Shown: in pieces, positions 1-8,712 of the stretch
How the letters are laid out: each line of letters starts with the position of its first letter
Numbering within the stretch: the first letter of the stretch is position 1
Origin: Pseudomonadota bacterium
GTDB taxonomy: Archaea > Thermoplasmatota > SW-10-69-26 > JACQPN01 > JAJPHT01
Length of the DNA stretch: 64,000 nucleotides
Reading direction: 5' to 3'
NCBI GenBank assembly: GCA_021325135.1
Contig: JAJPHT010000033.1
Location: 1 to 64,000, forward strand
Notes under the pieces: generated by a model
Told to the model about the DNA's origin: nothing
Seen by the model: the letters and a program-made list of their open reading frames with translations, nothing else
Databases searched by the model: none
Made by a program: the position numbers and the translations under genes

Positions 1-1334
1 ACCTCGAAGAGGCGCTGGGGCAGGTCGCGGTGCGCGTTCTTCTTGAGGATCTCCAGGAGGCCCGGCAGGAGGCTCGTGCGCAGCATGGTGAAGTCCTCGG
101 TGGCGGGGTTCTTCACGTCCACGTGCGACGAGGGCGGGCGCTGCATCTTCGCGAACTGCGAGCGCGGGTTGGAGAGCGTGAGGCTCATGGTCTCCAGGAA
201 GCCGAGGCCTACGAGGCTCGTGCGCGCGCGCTCGGCAAGCTGGTTCTCCGGGAGCGCGGCGCCCGCGGTGACGGCGCGCAGCGGCAGCGGCGTGAACGCG
301 TTGATGCCGTGCCCGATGGCCACGTCCTCCATGAGGTCCGCCGGGTGCAGCACGTCGGCGCGGTACGCGGGCACCTGCACGACGACGTGGCCCGCGTCCT
401 TGGGCTTCGCGCCGTGGCCCAGGCGCTCCAGGCGCGAGGCGACGGCGGCGGCGTCCAGGTCCGTGCCCAGCAGGCGGTTGGTCTCCGCGACGGAGAGCTC
501 CTTCGTCTCGGGCGCGAGGTCGGGCGTCGCGCGCTTGCGGCCCCCTTCGTCGATCTCGACGCTCTCGATGCGGCCGCCCGCCTCCGCCAGCGCGGTGACG
601 ATCATGTTCAGCGCGCGCTCCACGGCCCAGCGGTCGGTGCCGGTGACGTCCACGAACACGTCGCGCGTCGCGGTGGTGACGGCCGTGCGCTGCGCGTTGA
701 TGACCGGCGGCAGCGAGACGACGCCCCCCTTGGCGTCAAGGATGAGGGGCACGCTCGCGTGGCCCGCCAGCAGGTGGGCGTAGGCCTTGCCCTTCTCGTG
801 GTCCGCGAGGATCTCCCGGGGGGTCATCTCCCGCGGGTCGGCCAGCGGCACGAAGCGCAGCGCGTCGAGCCCCACGGTGCCGTAGCGGAAGCCCGGGGCG
901 AGCGGCGCGGCGTCGTGGATGCCGATGGCGACGCGGCGGCGGCGCGCGCCCAGGCCCCAGTGCAGGTCCTCCTGGAGGTCGATGAGCGCGTCGAGGCGAG
1001 CCTGCGTGATGGAGACGCCGCGCACGAACGCCGCCGCGATGTGCGGCCGGACGCCTGCGACCGAAGGGTCGACGACCACCTTGTGCGGGCCCGGGTGCAC
1101 CTCGTAGCGGCGCAGGCCCGGCTCGACGCCGTACCACGCGCGCAGAGCGCGGGCGATGCCCTCCACGGTGTAGAGGTCGGGGCGGTTGGGGAAGAACTCC
1201 ACGGCCCACGTCTCGCCCTTCGCGTCCTCCACGTCGGCGCCCAGGAGCGGGATGGTCTTCGCCAGCTCCTCGCGGGGGACGGGCTTGCGCAGGAGGCGCT
1301 CAAGCTCGGCGACCTCGAACCGGATGACGGGCAC
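1..1334 (-). CDS. pheT: Phenylalanine--tRNA ligase beta subunit, archaeal type (3' end runs off the window)
   Basis: Manual translation from GTG at 1334: MPVIRFEVAELERLL...WAVEFFPNRPDLYTVEGIARA, later VLSLPPVIN; archaeal PheT N-terminus. Not in the ORF track because it has no stop in the window. Confidence 0.9.
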   Translation of the reverse strand, partial: MPVIRFEVAELERLLRKPVPREELAKTIPLLGADVEDAKGETWAVEFFPNRPDLYTVEGIARALRAWYGVEPGLRRYEVHPGPHKVVVDPSVAGVRPHIAAAFVRGVSITQARLDALIDLQEDLHWGLGARRRRVAIGIHDAAPLAPGFRYGTVGLDALRFVPLADPREMTPREILADHEKGKAYAHLLAGHASVPLILDAKGGVVSLPPVINAQRTAVTTATRDVFVDVTGTDRWAVERALNMIVTALAEAGGRIESVEIDEGGRKRATPDLAPETKELSVAETNRLLGTDLDAAAVASRLERLGHGAKPKDAGHVVVQVPAYRADVLHPADLMEDVAIGHGINAFTPLPLRAVTAGAALPENQLAERARTSLVGLGFLETMSLTLSNPRSQFAKMQRPPSSHVDVKNPATEDFTMLRTSLLPGLLEILKKNAHRDLPQRLFE

Positions 1335-1457
1335 GGCCGCGGGACGTCGGGAAGCGGCCATAAGGGTGTCGTCGGCGTCCGGCTCCTCCGGCGCGCCCGC
1401 CTGGCCCGACGCCGAAGGGGCCATGCACGCCCAGAGGAGCCCCGTGAGGGTGCGATC

Positions 1458-1937
1458 GTGGCCCGATTCGACGCGCAACGCTACGTGAAGGACTTCGAGA
1501 CCGCGTGGAACCGCAACGACCCCGAGGCGCTCCTGCAGCACTTCGCGGAGAACGTGGAGTTCCAGGACCCGCTCTCGCCCACGCCGCGGCGCGGGCGCGA
1601 GGCGGCGCGCGAGAACATGCGCGCGTGGTTCGGCGCGTTCACCGAGATGGAGATCCGCCTCGTGGAGAGCGTCGTCTCGGACGACCGCGCGGCGCTCCTC
1701 TACCAGTGCACGGCCCGGCACACGGGGGAGCTGCAGATCGCGCCGGGCGAGCGCATCCCCGCCACCAACAAGCGCGCGACGGTGGACCTGGCCGAGTTCG
1801 ACGCCCTCGACGCGCAGGGGCGCATCGTCCGCACGCGCGCGATGTTCGACAGCGGCCGCCTCATGCAGCAGCTGGGCCTCATGCCCGCCGCGGGCTCCAC
1901 CCAGCAGCCCCCGGGCAGGAAGCCCACGTCGCGGTAG
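1458..1937 (+). CDS. SnoaL-like ester cyclase / NTF2-fold protein
   Basis: C-terminal part of ORF 30..1937: AWNRNDPEALLQHFAENVEFQDP...HTGEL...IPATNKR...LMQQLG; GTG start at 1458. Confidence 0.85.
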   Translation: MARFDAQRYVKDFETAWNRNDPEALLQHFAENVEFQDPLSPTPRRGREAARENMRAWFGAFTEMEIRLVESVVSDDRAALLYQCTARHTGELQIAPGERIPATNKRATVDLAEFDALDAQGRIVRTRAMFDSGRLMQQLGLMPAAGSTQQPPGRKPTSR

Positions 1938-1985
1938 GGGACGAGGGCAGAGCCCTTAAGCGGTCCGACCCGGCATCGTCCCTTC

Positions 1986-3266
1986 GTGACCTCCCGCCTG
2001 CCGGGCTTCCACAAGCTCAGCGCGAAGGAGCGGCGCGCCATCCTCTCGCGCGAGACCGGCGTGCCCGAGGCCGACCTGGAAGGGCTGGAGCGCCCGCTGC
2101 CCCACGCGATCCGCGACGGCCTCGTGGAGAGCGTCGTGGGCAGCCTGGAGATCCCCGTGGGGATCGCGACCAACTTCACCGTGAACGGGCGCGACGTGCT
2201 CGTCCCCATGGCGGTGGAGGAGTCCAGCGTCGTCGCGGCCGCGAGCCACGGCGCCAAGATCGCCCGCAAGCGCGGCGGCTTCACCGCGCGCGCCTCCGCG
2301 CCGGTCATGGTGGGCCAGGTCATGCTGGTGGACGTGCCGGACCTGGGCGTCGCGCAGCGCAACCTCTACGCGACGGCGAGCACGCTGGCCGAACTGGCGC
2401 ACCGCGCGACGGGCAGCCTCGCGGCGCGCGGCGGGGGCTATCGCGGCTTCCACGTCCGCACGCTGGACTCCGCGGCGGGCAAGCTCCTCGTGGTCCACGT
2501 GCTGGTGGACGTGCGCGACGCCATGGGCGCCAACGCCGTGAACGCCGTCGCCGAGGCCGTCGCGCCGCACCTGGCGGACGTCACCGGGGGCCGCGCCGTG
2601 CTGCGCATCCTCTCCAACCTGGCCGACGAGCGCACCGTGCGCGCGCAGGCCGTCTTCGACGTGGACGAGCTTGGCGGCCCCGACGTCGCGCAGGACGTGG
2701 TGCGCGCGTGGGCCTTCGCCGACGCCGACCCGTACCGCGCCGCCACGCACAACAAGGGCGTCATGAACGGCATCGACGCCGTGGCGCTGGCGACCGCCAA
2801 CGACTGGCGCGCCGTCGAGGCGGGCGCCCACGCGTGGGCCGCGCGCACGGGGCGCTACCGCAGCCTCACGCGCTACTGGATCGGCGAGGAGGGGCACCTC
2901 CACGGCGAGATCGAGCTTCCCCTCGCGCTGGGCGTCGTGGGTGGCGTCACCAAGGCGCACCCCGCGGCGCAGGCCGCGCTGCGCATCCTCGGCGTCAAGA
3001 CCGCGGGCGAGCTTGCGGAGATCGCCGCCAGCGTGGGGCTCGCCCAGAACCTCGCCGCGCTGCGCGCCCTCGCCGCGGAGGGCATCCAGCAGGGGCACAT
3101 GCGCCTGCACGCGTACAACCTCGCGCTCCAGGCCGGCGTGCCCCCCGAGCGCGCGGACGAGGTGGTGGCCGCCATGCTGGAGGCTGGAGAGCCGACGGCA
3201 CGGAAGGCCGCTGAGGTGTGGGCGCGGATGGGGAGCTCGGGGGGCGGCAGCCCCCGGACGTCTTGA
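1986..3266 (+). CDS. mvaA: Class II HMG-CoA reductase
   Basis: SRLPGFHKLS, EESSVVAA, DAMGAN, ATHNKG, GIQQGHMRLH motifs; CTTAAG box about 30 nt upstream. Confidence 0.95.
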   Translation: MTSRLPGFHKLSAKERRAILSRETGVPEADLEGLERPLPHAIRDGLVESVVGSLEIPVGIATNFTVNGRDVLVPMAVEESSVVAAASHGAKIARKRGGFTARASAPVMVGQVMLVDVPDLGVAQRNLYATASTLAELAHRATGSLAARGGGYRGFHVRTLDSAAGKLLVVHVLVDVRDAMGANAVNAVAEAVAPHLADVTGGRAVLRILSNLADERTVRAQAVFDVDELGGPDVAQDVVRAWAFADADPYRAATHNKGVMNGIDAVALATANDWRAVEAGAHAWAARTGRYRSLTRYWIGEEGHLHGEIELPLALGVVGGVTKAHPAAQAALRILGVKTAGELAEIAASVGLAQNLAALRALAAEGIQQGHMRLHAYNLALQAGVPPERADEVVAAMLEAGEPTARKAAEVWARMGSSGGGSPRTS

Positions 3267-3353
3267 TCGTCTGCTGGACTTTTTCTTCACGTCAGGGGGC
3301 TTCGCCCCCTGAAACCCCCTTGGGTAGCCGCGCTGCGGCGCGGCCGAACGACG
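3267..3353. repeat. Intergenic repeat family B copy 1 (REP-like double hairpin)
   Basis: TCGTCTGCTGGA..CTTCACGTCAGGGGGCTTCGCCCCCTGAAACCCCCT..GCCGCGCTGCGGCGCGGCCG..ACGACG; near-identical to 37860-37947. Confidence 0.85.
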
Positions 3354-3360
3354 GGCTTGC

Positions 3361-3492
3361 CTAGGCCAACTCAGCCATGAGGTCGTGCGCCGTGCGGCAG
3401 CGGCCGCAGCGGTAGAGCTTCCCCTCGGCGTTGTGCTCGATGACGTGGAGGCACGTGGGGCAGCGGGCGACCAGGGACTTGGCGTTGCGCAT
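3361..3492 (-). CDS. 43-aa zinc-finger microprotein (CxxC...CxxC)
   Basis: MRNAKSLVARCPTCLHVIEHNAEGKLYRCGRCRTAHDLMAELA; host-like codons. Confidence 0.65.
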   Translation of the reverse strand: MRNAKSLVARCPTCLHVIEHNAEGKLYRCGRCRTAHDLMAELA

Positions 3493-3545
3493 GGCCTGGC
3501 CGTGGGGGCAGCCAGGCTTGAGCGTGACGCCTTCGGGCCTTCTCC

Positions 3546-4202
3546 CTAGCGGACGAAGCCGCGGATGAAGGCGACCGAGCGCGCCCAGGCGTCGTCCGCC
3601 GCCGCGGGGTCGTAGGACTTGGCGCCCGAGAAGGGGGACGTGATCCAGTCCGGGCGGTGGAAGGGGTGCGTGACCGCGGGGTACAGCTCCACGTGGACAC
3701 GCTTGCGGTGCTCGTCGAGCTTGGGAAGAAGCTGCGAGTAGGCCCACGGGTTGATGCGGTCGTCCTCGGAGGCGAGGACCAGCAGCAGCGGACCCTTGAG
3801 GTCCTTCACGTCCTCCACGTCGGCGATCATGCCGTAGTAGTCGACGCAGAAGGCGAAGTCGCCGTGGCACGCGCCGTGGAGCGCGACGCCGCCGCCCATG
3901 CAGAAGCCCATGCTGCCCACGACGGAGCCCGCGGGCATCTCGCGCTGGAGGCGCTCGCGGGCGAAGCGCATGGCGCTCGTGAGGTCCTCGCCGGTGAGCT
4001 TCTGGCGCAGCGCCATGCCCTCCTGGAGGTCCTTGGCCTTGTGGCCGCGGAACATGTCCACGGCCGCCACCCAGAAGCCCTCCTGCTGGAGCTTGTCCGC
4101 GAAGGAGAGGTTCACCGGGTCGAGGCCGGTGATGTCGTGCACGAGGACGACGCCGACGTTCGTCCTTCCCTTCTTCACCACGAGGGGCCAGTCGCCGCTC
4201 AT
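3546..4202 (-). CDS. Dienelactone hydrolase family protein
   Basis: GFCMGG nucleophile motif, VHDITG, HPF catalytic His region, DAWARS C-terminus. Confidence 0.9.
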   Translation of the reverse strand: MSGDWPLVVKKGRTNVGVVLVHDITGLDPVNLSFADKLQQEGFWVAAVDMFRGHKAKDLQEGMALRQKLTGEDLTSAMRFARERLQREMPAGSVVGSMGFCMGGGVALHGACHGDFAFCVDYYGMIADVEDVKDLKGPLLLVLASEDDRINPWAYSQLLPKLDEHRKRVHVELYPAVTHPFHRPDWITSPFSGAKSYDPAAADDAWARSVAFIRGFVR

Positions 4203-4271
4203 CGGGCCCGCAGCGCGCCGCGATGGAAAAGCGCTTTTCCCAACTTGGGTGCCGAGCGCGCTGTTGGGCGC

Positions 4272-4370
4272 TTTTCGTCACCACTCAACGCGACGACGCC
4301 ACGACGCGACGACCCGGGAAAACCTGTCCCCTCGTCTGTCGCGTCGTGGCGTCGTCGCGTCAAGACGTGG
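4272..4370. repeat. Intergenic repeat family A copy 1 (MITE/REP-like; 23-bp perfect inverted arms)
   Basis: ACGCGACGACGCCACGACGCGAC (4288-4310) pairs with 4338-4360; flanks TTTTCGTCACCACTCA and CAAGACGTG recur in other copies. Confidence 0.85.
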
Positions 4371-4409
4371 CGAGGGGAGACACAAGCCCCAAGGGCGGAG
4401 AGCCCCCGC

Positions 4410-5135
4410 CTATCCGAAGCGGCGCAGCACGGCGGGCAGGTCCGAGAGGCGCTCCACCACGGCGTCCGCGTCGGCGTGCACGGGGGCGGGGGCCACGCGC
4501 GGGTAGGGCGTCCAGACGGCGCGGAGGCCCGCGGCGCGCGCCCCGCGGACGTCGGCGTCCAGGTCGTTGCCCACCATGACGGCCTCGGAGGGCGCGACGC
4601 CCAGCGCGTCGGTGGCGGCGAGGAAGATGCGCGGGTGGGGCTTGAGGACGCCCACCTCGCCGGAGACGACGACGGCGTCGAAGGAGGAGAGGAGGCCCAG
4701 GCGCGAGAGCGCGTCGCGCAGCACGCCGCCGTGGTTGTAGTTCGACACGAGGCCCAGCCGGTAGCCCGCGGCCTTGAGGTCGGGGAGGACCTTGAGCGGC
4801 TGGTCGTAGGCGTGGACGAGCGCCTGCTGGAAGCGGTGATATCGCTCCGAGGCGACGGGGCCCCACGGCTCGGCCTCGGCGAGGGGCACGCCGCAGCGCA
4901 CCAGCGCGGCGCGGAAGCGGGCGGCGAAGTCGAACTCCCGGAGGTTGGCGTCCAGCGCCGCGTGCTGCTCGGCGCGCGCCGCTTCGTAGGCCGCCAGGAA
5001 CTCGCGGAAGGGCACGCGCCGGCCCGTCCAGGTGCCGTGGACGACGGCGAGGCACTCGTCGCGCAGCCCCTCCCAGCCGGGCTCCGGGTGGATGATGGTC
5101 CCGAAGGCGTCGAAGAGGACGGCGCGGAGGGCCAC
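4410..5135 (-). CDS. HAD-superfamily hydrolase
   Basis: AVLFDAFGTI motif I, VSN motif II, KPHP and VGNDLDADV motifs; GTG start at 5135 preferred. Confidence 0.9.
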   Translation of the reverse strand: MALRAVLFDAFGTIIHPEPGWEGLRDECLAVVHGTWTGRRVPFREFLAAYEAARAEQHAALDANLREFDFAARFRAALVRCGVPLAEAEPWGPVASERYHRFQQALVHAYDQPLKVLPDLKAAGYRLGLVSNYNHGGVLRDALSRLGLLSSFDAVVVSGEVGVLKPHPRIFLAATDALGVAPSEAVMVGNDLDADVRGARAAGLRAVWTPYPRVAPAPVHADADAVVERLSDLPAVLRRFG

Positions 5136-5196
5136 GCTCCGCCGAAGGCGCGCATCGGCCATAAATGCGAAGCCCCCGGGACGCGCTGGAGGCGCG

Positions 5197-5853
5197 ATGG
5201 CGGTCCCCAGGGGCGCCGCGGAGCGCGGCCGGGAGGCGCTGGCGCGCTTCCGGAAGGAGTACGGCGAGCGTTACTCGTACCTGCGCCACGGGACGGGCTT
5301 CCAGCTTCTCGTCGCGGTGATCCTCAGCGCGCAGACGCCCGACGCGCTCACCAACAAGGTCACCCCGGAGCTGTTCCGCCGCTGGCCCACGCCCCACGCC
5401 TTGGCGAGGGCCGACGTGGACGAGGTGCGCGCGGCGATCCGGCCCGTGAACTTCTCCCACGGCAAGGCGCAGCGGATCGTGGACGCGGCGCGCATGGTGG
5501 AGGAGCGCTTCGGCGGCAAGGTGCCGCGCGCGATGGCGGACCTCCTGGAGATCCCGGGCGTCGGGCGCAAGACGGCCAACGTCGTCCAGGGGCACCTCTT
5601 CGACGAGTCGGAGGGCGTCGGCGTGGACACGCACGTCAAGCGCGTCTCGTACCGCCTCGCGCTCACCACCGAGGAGGACCCCGAGAAGGTCGAGACGGAC
5701 CTCAACCGCGTCTTCGAGCCCAGGGACTACCCTTCGGTCAACTTCTACTTCATCGCCCACGGCCGCGCCATCTGCCGCGCGCGGGCGCCCAAGTGCTCCG
5801 AATGCGTCGTCACCGACGTCTGCCCCAAGAAGGGCGTCGCGCGGAAGACGTAA
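5197..5853 (+). CDS. nth: Endonuclease III (copy 1)
   Basis: LVAVILSAQ, HhH PGVGRKTANVV, VDTHV, 4Fe-4S motif CRARAPKCSECVVTDVC. Confidence 0.93.
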   Translation: MAVPRGAAERGREALARFRKEYGERYSYLRHGTGFQLLVAVILSAQTPDALTNKVTPELFRRWPTPHALARADVDEVRAAIRPVNFSHGKAQRIVDAARMVEERFGGKVPRAMADLLEIPGVGRKTANVVQGHLFDESEGVGVDTHVKRVSYRLALTTEEDPEKVETDLNRVFEPRDYPSVNFYFIAHGRAICRARAPKCSECVVTDVCPKKGVARKT

Positions 5854-5879
5854 ATCCGCGGCGGCGCCTGCGCGGCCCG

Positions 5880-6542
5880 ATGGCCCTTCCGAGGGGCGCC
5901 AGGCTGCGGGCGCCCGAGGCGCTCGCGCGCATGGCGAAGGAGCACGAGCCGCGCTACTGCTTCCTCGACCACGGGGGCCCCTTCCAGCTTCTCGTGGCCG
6001 TGATCCTCAGCGCGCAGTGCACCGACGCCATGGTGAACAAGGTCACGCCGGAGCTGTTCCGCCGCTGGCCCACGCCGCAGGCGCTGGCGAAGGCCCCGCG
6101 CGCGGAGGTGGAGAAGGTCGTCTACCGCACCGGGTTCTACCGCGCCAAGGCGAAGAACATCCAGGGGTGCGCCGCGATGCTCGTCGAACGCTTCGGCGGC
6201 GAGGTGCCCCGCCGCATGGCCGACCTCATGAGCCTCCCCGGGGTGGCGCGCAAGACGGCCAACGTCGTGCAGGGCAACGTGTGGGGCCAGAGCGAAGGCG
6301 TCTGCGTCGACACGCACGTGGGCCGCGTCGCGCGCCGCCTGGGCCTCACCGCAGAGGAGGATCCGGTGGGCGTCGAGGAGGATCTCATGCGGCTCTACCC
6401 CGAGAAGGACTGGATCGAGGCGCCCTACCACTTCATCCAGCTGGGCCGCTCCTTCTGCGACGCCAAGAAGCCCGACTGCGCGAATTGCTATCTTGCGGAC
6501 CTGTGCCCGAAGCGTGGCGTCGATGCGCGGCACGGGCATTGA
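5880..6542 (+). CDS. nth: Endonuclease III (copy 2)
   Basis: LVAVILSAQCTD, PGVARKTANVV, VDTHV, CDAKKPDCANCYLADLC. Confidence 0.93.
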   Translation: MALPRGARLRAPEALARMAKEHEPRYCFLDHGGPFQLLVAVILSAQCTDAMVNKVTPELFRRWPTPQALAKAPRAEVEKVVYRTGFYRAKAKNIQGCAAMLVERFGGEVPRRMADLMSLPGVARKTANVVQGNVWGQSEGVCVDTHVGRVARRLGLTAEEDPVGVEEDLMRLYPEKDWIEAPYHFIQLGRSFCDAKKPDCANCYLADLCPKRGVDARHGH

Positions 6543-7128
6543 CGGCTGCCCCGCGGGCTGGATCGCCGTCTCGCAAGGCCGCGTCAAGGTGGGCCCCCTC
6601 GCGGACGTGCTGCGCGGCGCGCCGCGGCCCGTCGCCCTCGACATGCCCCTCGGCCTCGACGCGGGGGACCGCCCCTGCGACAAGGCCGCCCGCGCCCTGC
6701 TGGGCCCGCGCCGCGCCAGCGTGTTCGCGCCCCCTTCCCGCGCCGCGCTCGCGGCCGAGGCGTGGTCCCCAGGCCTCGGCCTCTCGAAGCAGTGCTATCA
6801 TCTGCTGCCCCGCATGCGCGAGGTGGACGCCTGGATCACGCCCGCGCGCCAGCGCCGCGTCCACGAAGCGCACCCCGAGCTGGCCTTCGCCCTGATGGCA
6901 GGCCGCCCGATGCGCCACCCCAAGCGCACGCCCGAGGGCCGCCGCGAGAGGATGCGCGCGCTGGGCCCGCTCGCGCCCAAGGAGGGCCCACCCGCGGGCG
7001 CGCGGTGGGACGACCTCCTGGACGCGTGCGCGCTGCTGTGGAGCGCGGACCGGCTCGCGCGCGGGGAGGCGCTGCGCCTCGGCGGGGAGCACGACGCGCG
7101 GGGGCTCCGGATGGAGATCGTCGCTTAG
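6523..7128 (+). CDS. DUF429 family predicted nuclease (RNase H-like)
   Basis: GIDGCPAGW, DMPLGL, RPCDKAAR, EAHPELAF, DDLLDA motifs. Confidence 0.85.
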   Translation: MRGTGIDGCPAGWIAVSQGRVKVGPLADVLRGAPRPVALDMPLGLDAGDRPCDKAARALLGPRRASVFAPPSRAALAAEAWSPGLGLSKQCYHLLPRMREVDAWITPARQRRVHEAHPELAFALMAGRPMRHPKRTPEGRRERMRALGPLAPKEGPPAGARWDDLLDACALLWSADRLARGEALRLGGEHDARGLRMEIVA

Positions 7129-7457
7129 AGCGCCACGTCCTTGAACCCCATCTGCGCCCGCTTCTCGGGCCCCATGCGCGTCAGCTCCAGCACGACGAGC
7201 ACGCGCACGGCGTCGGGAAAAAGCTCCTCCGTCATGCCGTCGAGGTTCTCGTTGGCCAGCGCCTGCTGCACCGCCAGCACCAGGGGGTTCCCCTCGGGGT
7301 TCGCGCCCTGCTGGGCGGCGAGGATATTGAGCTTCTCGGCGGCGACCTGGAGCCTGGCGTTCCAGCGGCGCGTCGTCTGCACCTCGCCGTCGCGCTCCTC
7401 GGCGAGGCCCCACGCGATGAGGCGGTCCAGCGTGCGTTCGACCGTCTGCTCGTCCAC
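7125..7457 (-). CDS. Hypothetical protein
   Basis: MDEQTVERTLDRLIAWGLAEERDG...; coding-like composition; sits directly after the 7460 gene. Confidence 0.7.
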   Translation of the reverse strand: MDEQTVERTLDRLIAWGLAEERDGEVQTTRRWNARLQVAAEKLNILAAQQGANPEGNPLVLAVQQALANENLDGMTEELFPDAVRVLVVLELTRMGPEKRAQMGFKDVAL

Positions 7458-7459
7458 GT

Positions 7460-7843
7460 CTACGCAGCGCCGGTCTCTGCCTTGAAGATGGGCTCCGAGA
7501 GGCTGCGGCTCTTGCAGACGGGGCATCGGCTCGGCGCCTTGGGCACGTCGAGGCGGAAGGTGAAGCCGCACTGCGTGCACGATGGGGGCACCATGAGCAG
7601 CGTCGCGTCCTGGTGGCGGAACGAGAGGCGCAGGTGCTCCAGGTCGGAGAGCACGACGCTGCGGCGGGTCTCCAGGATCTTCTCGATGTCGTCCAGCGAG
7701 AGGCCCTCGGCCGACGAGAAGAGGAGTTCGCGGAGCCGTTCGCGGCGGGTGCGGCCCAGGGCCGTCCGCGCGTCTTCAGCGGGCGCCGAAGCGGGGGCGT
7801 GGAGCCCTCGTCCCGGCGAGGCGGGAGAAGACATGAGCAGCAT
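7460..7843 (-). CDS. Archaeal HTH + Zn-ribbon transcriptional regulator (COG3357-like)
   Basis: TRRERLRELL...DLEHL...LLMVPPSCTQCGFTF...PSRCPVCKS...PIF. Confidence 0.85.
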   Translation of the reverse strand: MLLMSSPASPGRGLHAPASAPAEDARTALGRTRRERLRELLFSSAEGLSLDDIEKILETRRSVVLSDLEHLRLSFRHQDATLLMVPPSCTQCGFTFRLDVPKAPSRCPVCKSRSLSEPIFKAETGAA

Positions 7844-7973
7844 CCCCTCTGCTCGTCCTTCCTAAAATCTTTCGACCCGATGCGCGAAACGTCCCCAGGC
7901 ATCCGGCGTCCCCTCCGGCAGGCGGCGAGGCAAAGGGGCAAGCTTCTTGAGGGCCGCCGGAAAAGGAGGGGGC

Positions 7974-8075
7974 ATGCTCAGCGGGCTCCCCCGCAGGCAG
8001 ATGCTCTGGTGCGGCCTCTGCGCCCTCGCCGCGGTGGCCGCCGCCGTGGCGATCCTCAGCGCGTGGGCCGCCTAG
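7974..8075 (+). CDS. Possible 33-aa single-TM micropeptide
   Basis: MLSGLPRRQMLWCGLCALAAVAAAVAILSAWAA; fills the gap, with an AT-richer box and GGAGG upstream. Confidence 0.35.
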   Translation: MLSGLPRRQMLWCGLCALAAVAAAVAILSAWAA

Positions 8076-8098
8076 CGCCCCTCCGCCCCCCTGAGGGC

Positions 8099-8617
8099 TC
8101 ACGAGGCCTTCGCGCGCCGCTCGGCGAGCTTCTGCTTCGTGACTTCGACCAGCCCGCCGGCGCGCAGGATGCTGAGCGCCTTGTCGGAGAGGGGCACGGC
8201 CTCGTAGGTCTGCCCCGAGGTCTTGTTGTGGATCTTGCCGGTGGTGAGGTCCACCTCCAGCACGTCGCCCTCCTTGACCTTCTTGGAGACGTCCGCCACC
8301 TCCAGGATGGGCAGCGCGACGTTGATGGCGTTGCGGTAGAAGATGCGCGCGAAGCTCTCCGCCAGCACGACGGGGACGCCCGCGCCCTTGATGGCCAGCG
8401 GCGCGTGCTCGCGGGAGGAGCCGCAGCCGAAGTTGCGCCCCGCCACGATGACGTCGCCCTTCTTCACCTGCTTCGCGAACTCGGGGCGCGCGCCCTCCAG
8501 CACGACCTTGCCAAGCTCCTCGGCGGTGATCATGGTGAGGTACTTGCCCGGCGTGATCTGGTCCGTGTCCACGTTGTCGGGGAAGACCCAGGCCTTGCCG
8601 GCGAAGCGCGTCTCCAT
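8099..8617 (-). CDS. leuD: 3-isopropylmalate dehydratase / homoaconitase small subunit (LeuD/HacB)
   Basis: DNVDTDQITPGKYL, NFGCGSSREHAP, SFARIFYRNAIN; substrate specificity not resolved. Confidence 0.9.
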   Translation of the reverse strand: METRFAGKAWVFPDNVDTDQITPGKYLTMITAEELGKVVLEGARPEFAKQVKKGDVIVAGRNFGCGSSREHAPLAIKGAGVPVVLAESFARIFYRNAINVALPILEVADVSKKVKEGDVLEVDLTTGKIHNKTSGQTYEAVPLSDKALSILRAGGLVEVTKQKLAERRAKAS

Positions 8618-8712
8618 GGCGGCGCCAAGCGGGGGGCCCGGCTTGAAGTTTGCCGGCGTTCCAGGGGGGTTTGCCTCCGTCTGGCCGCTCCTCGAAACGC
8701 ACGAGCAGAGCG

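Noticed and set aside
30-1457. Long plus-strand ORF 30..1937 as a 635-aa protein
   Set aside because: Its N-terminal three quarters is the antisense shadow of pheT; only 1458..1937 looks coding.
1986-3266. Bacterial-type (class II) HMG-CoA reductase in an archaeon as a novelty
   Set aside because: Already established for Thermoplasmatales and Archaeoglobus.
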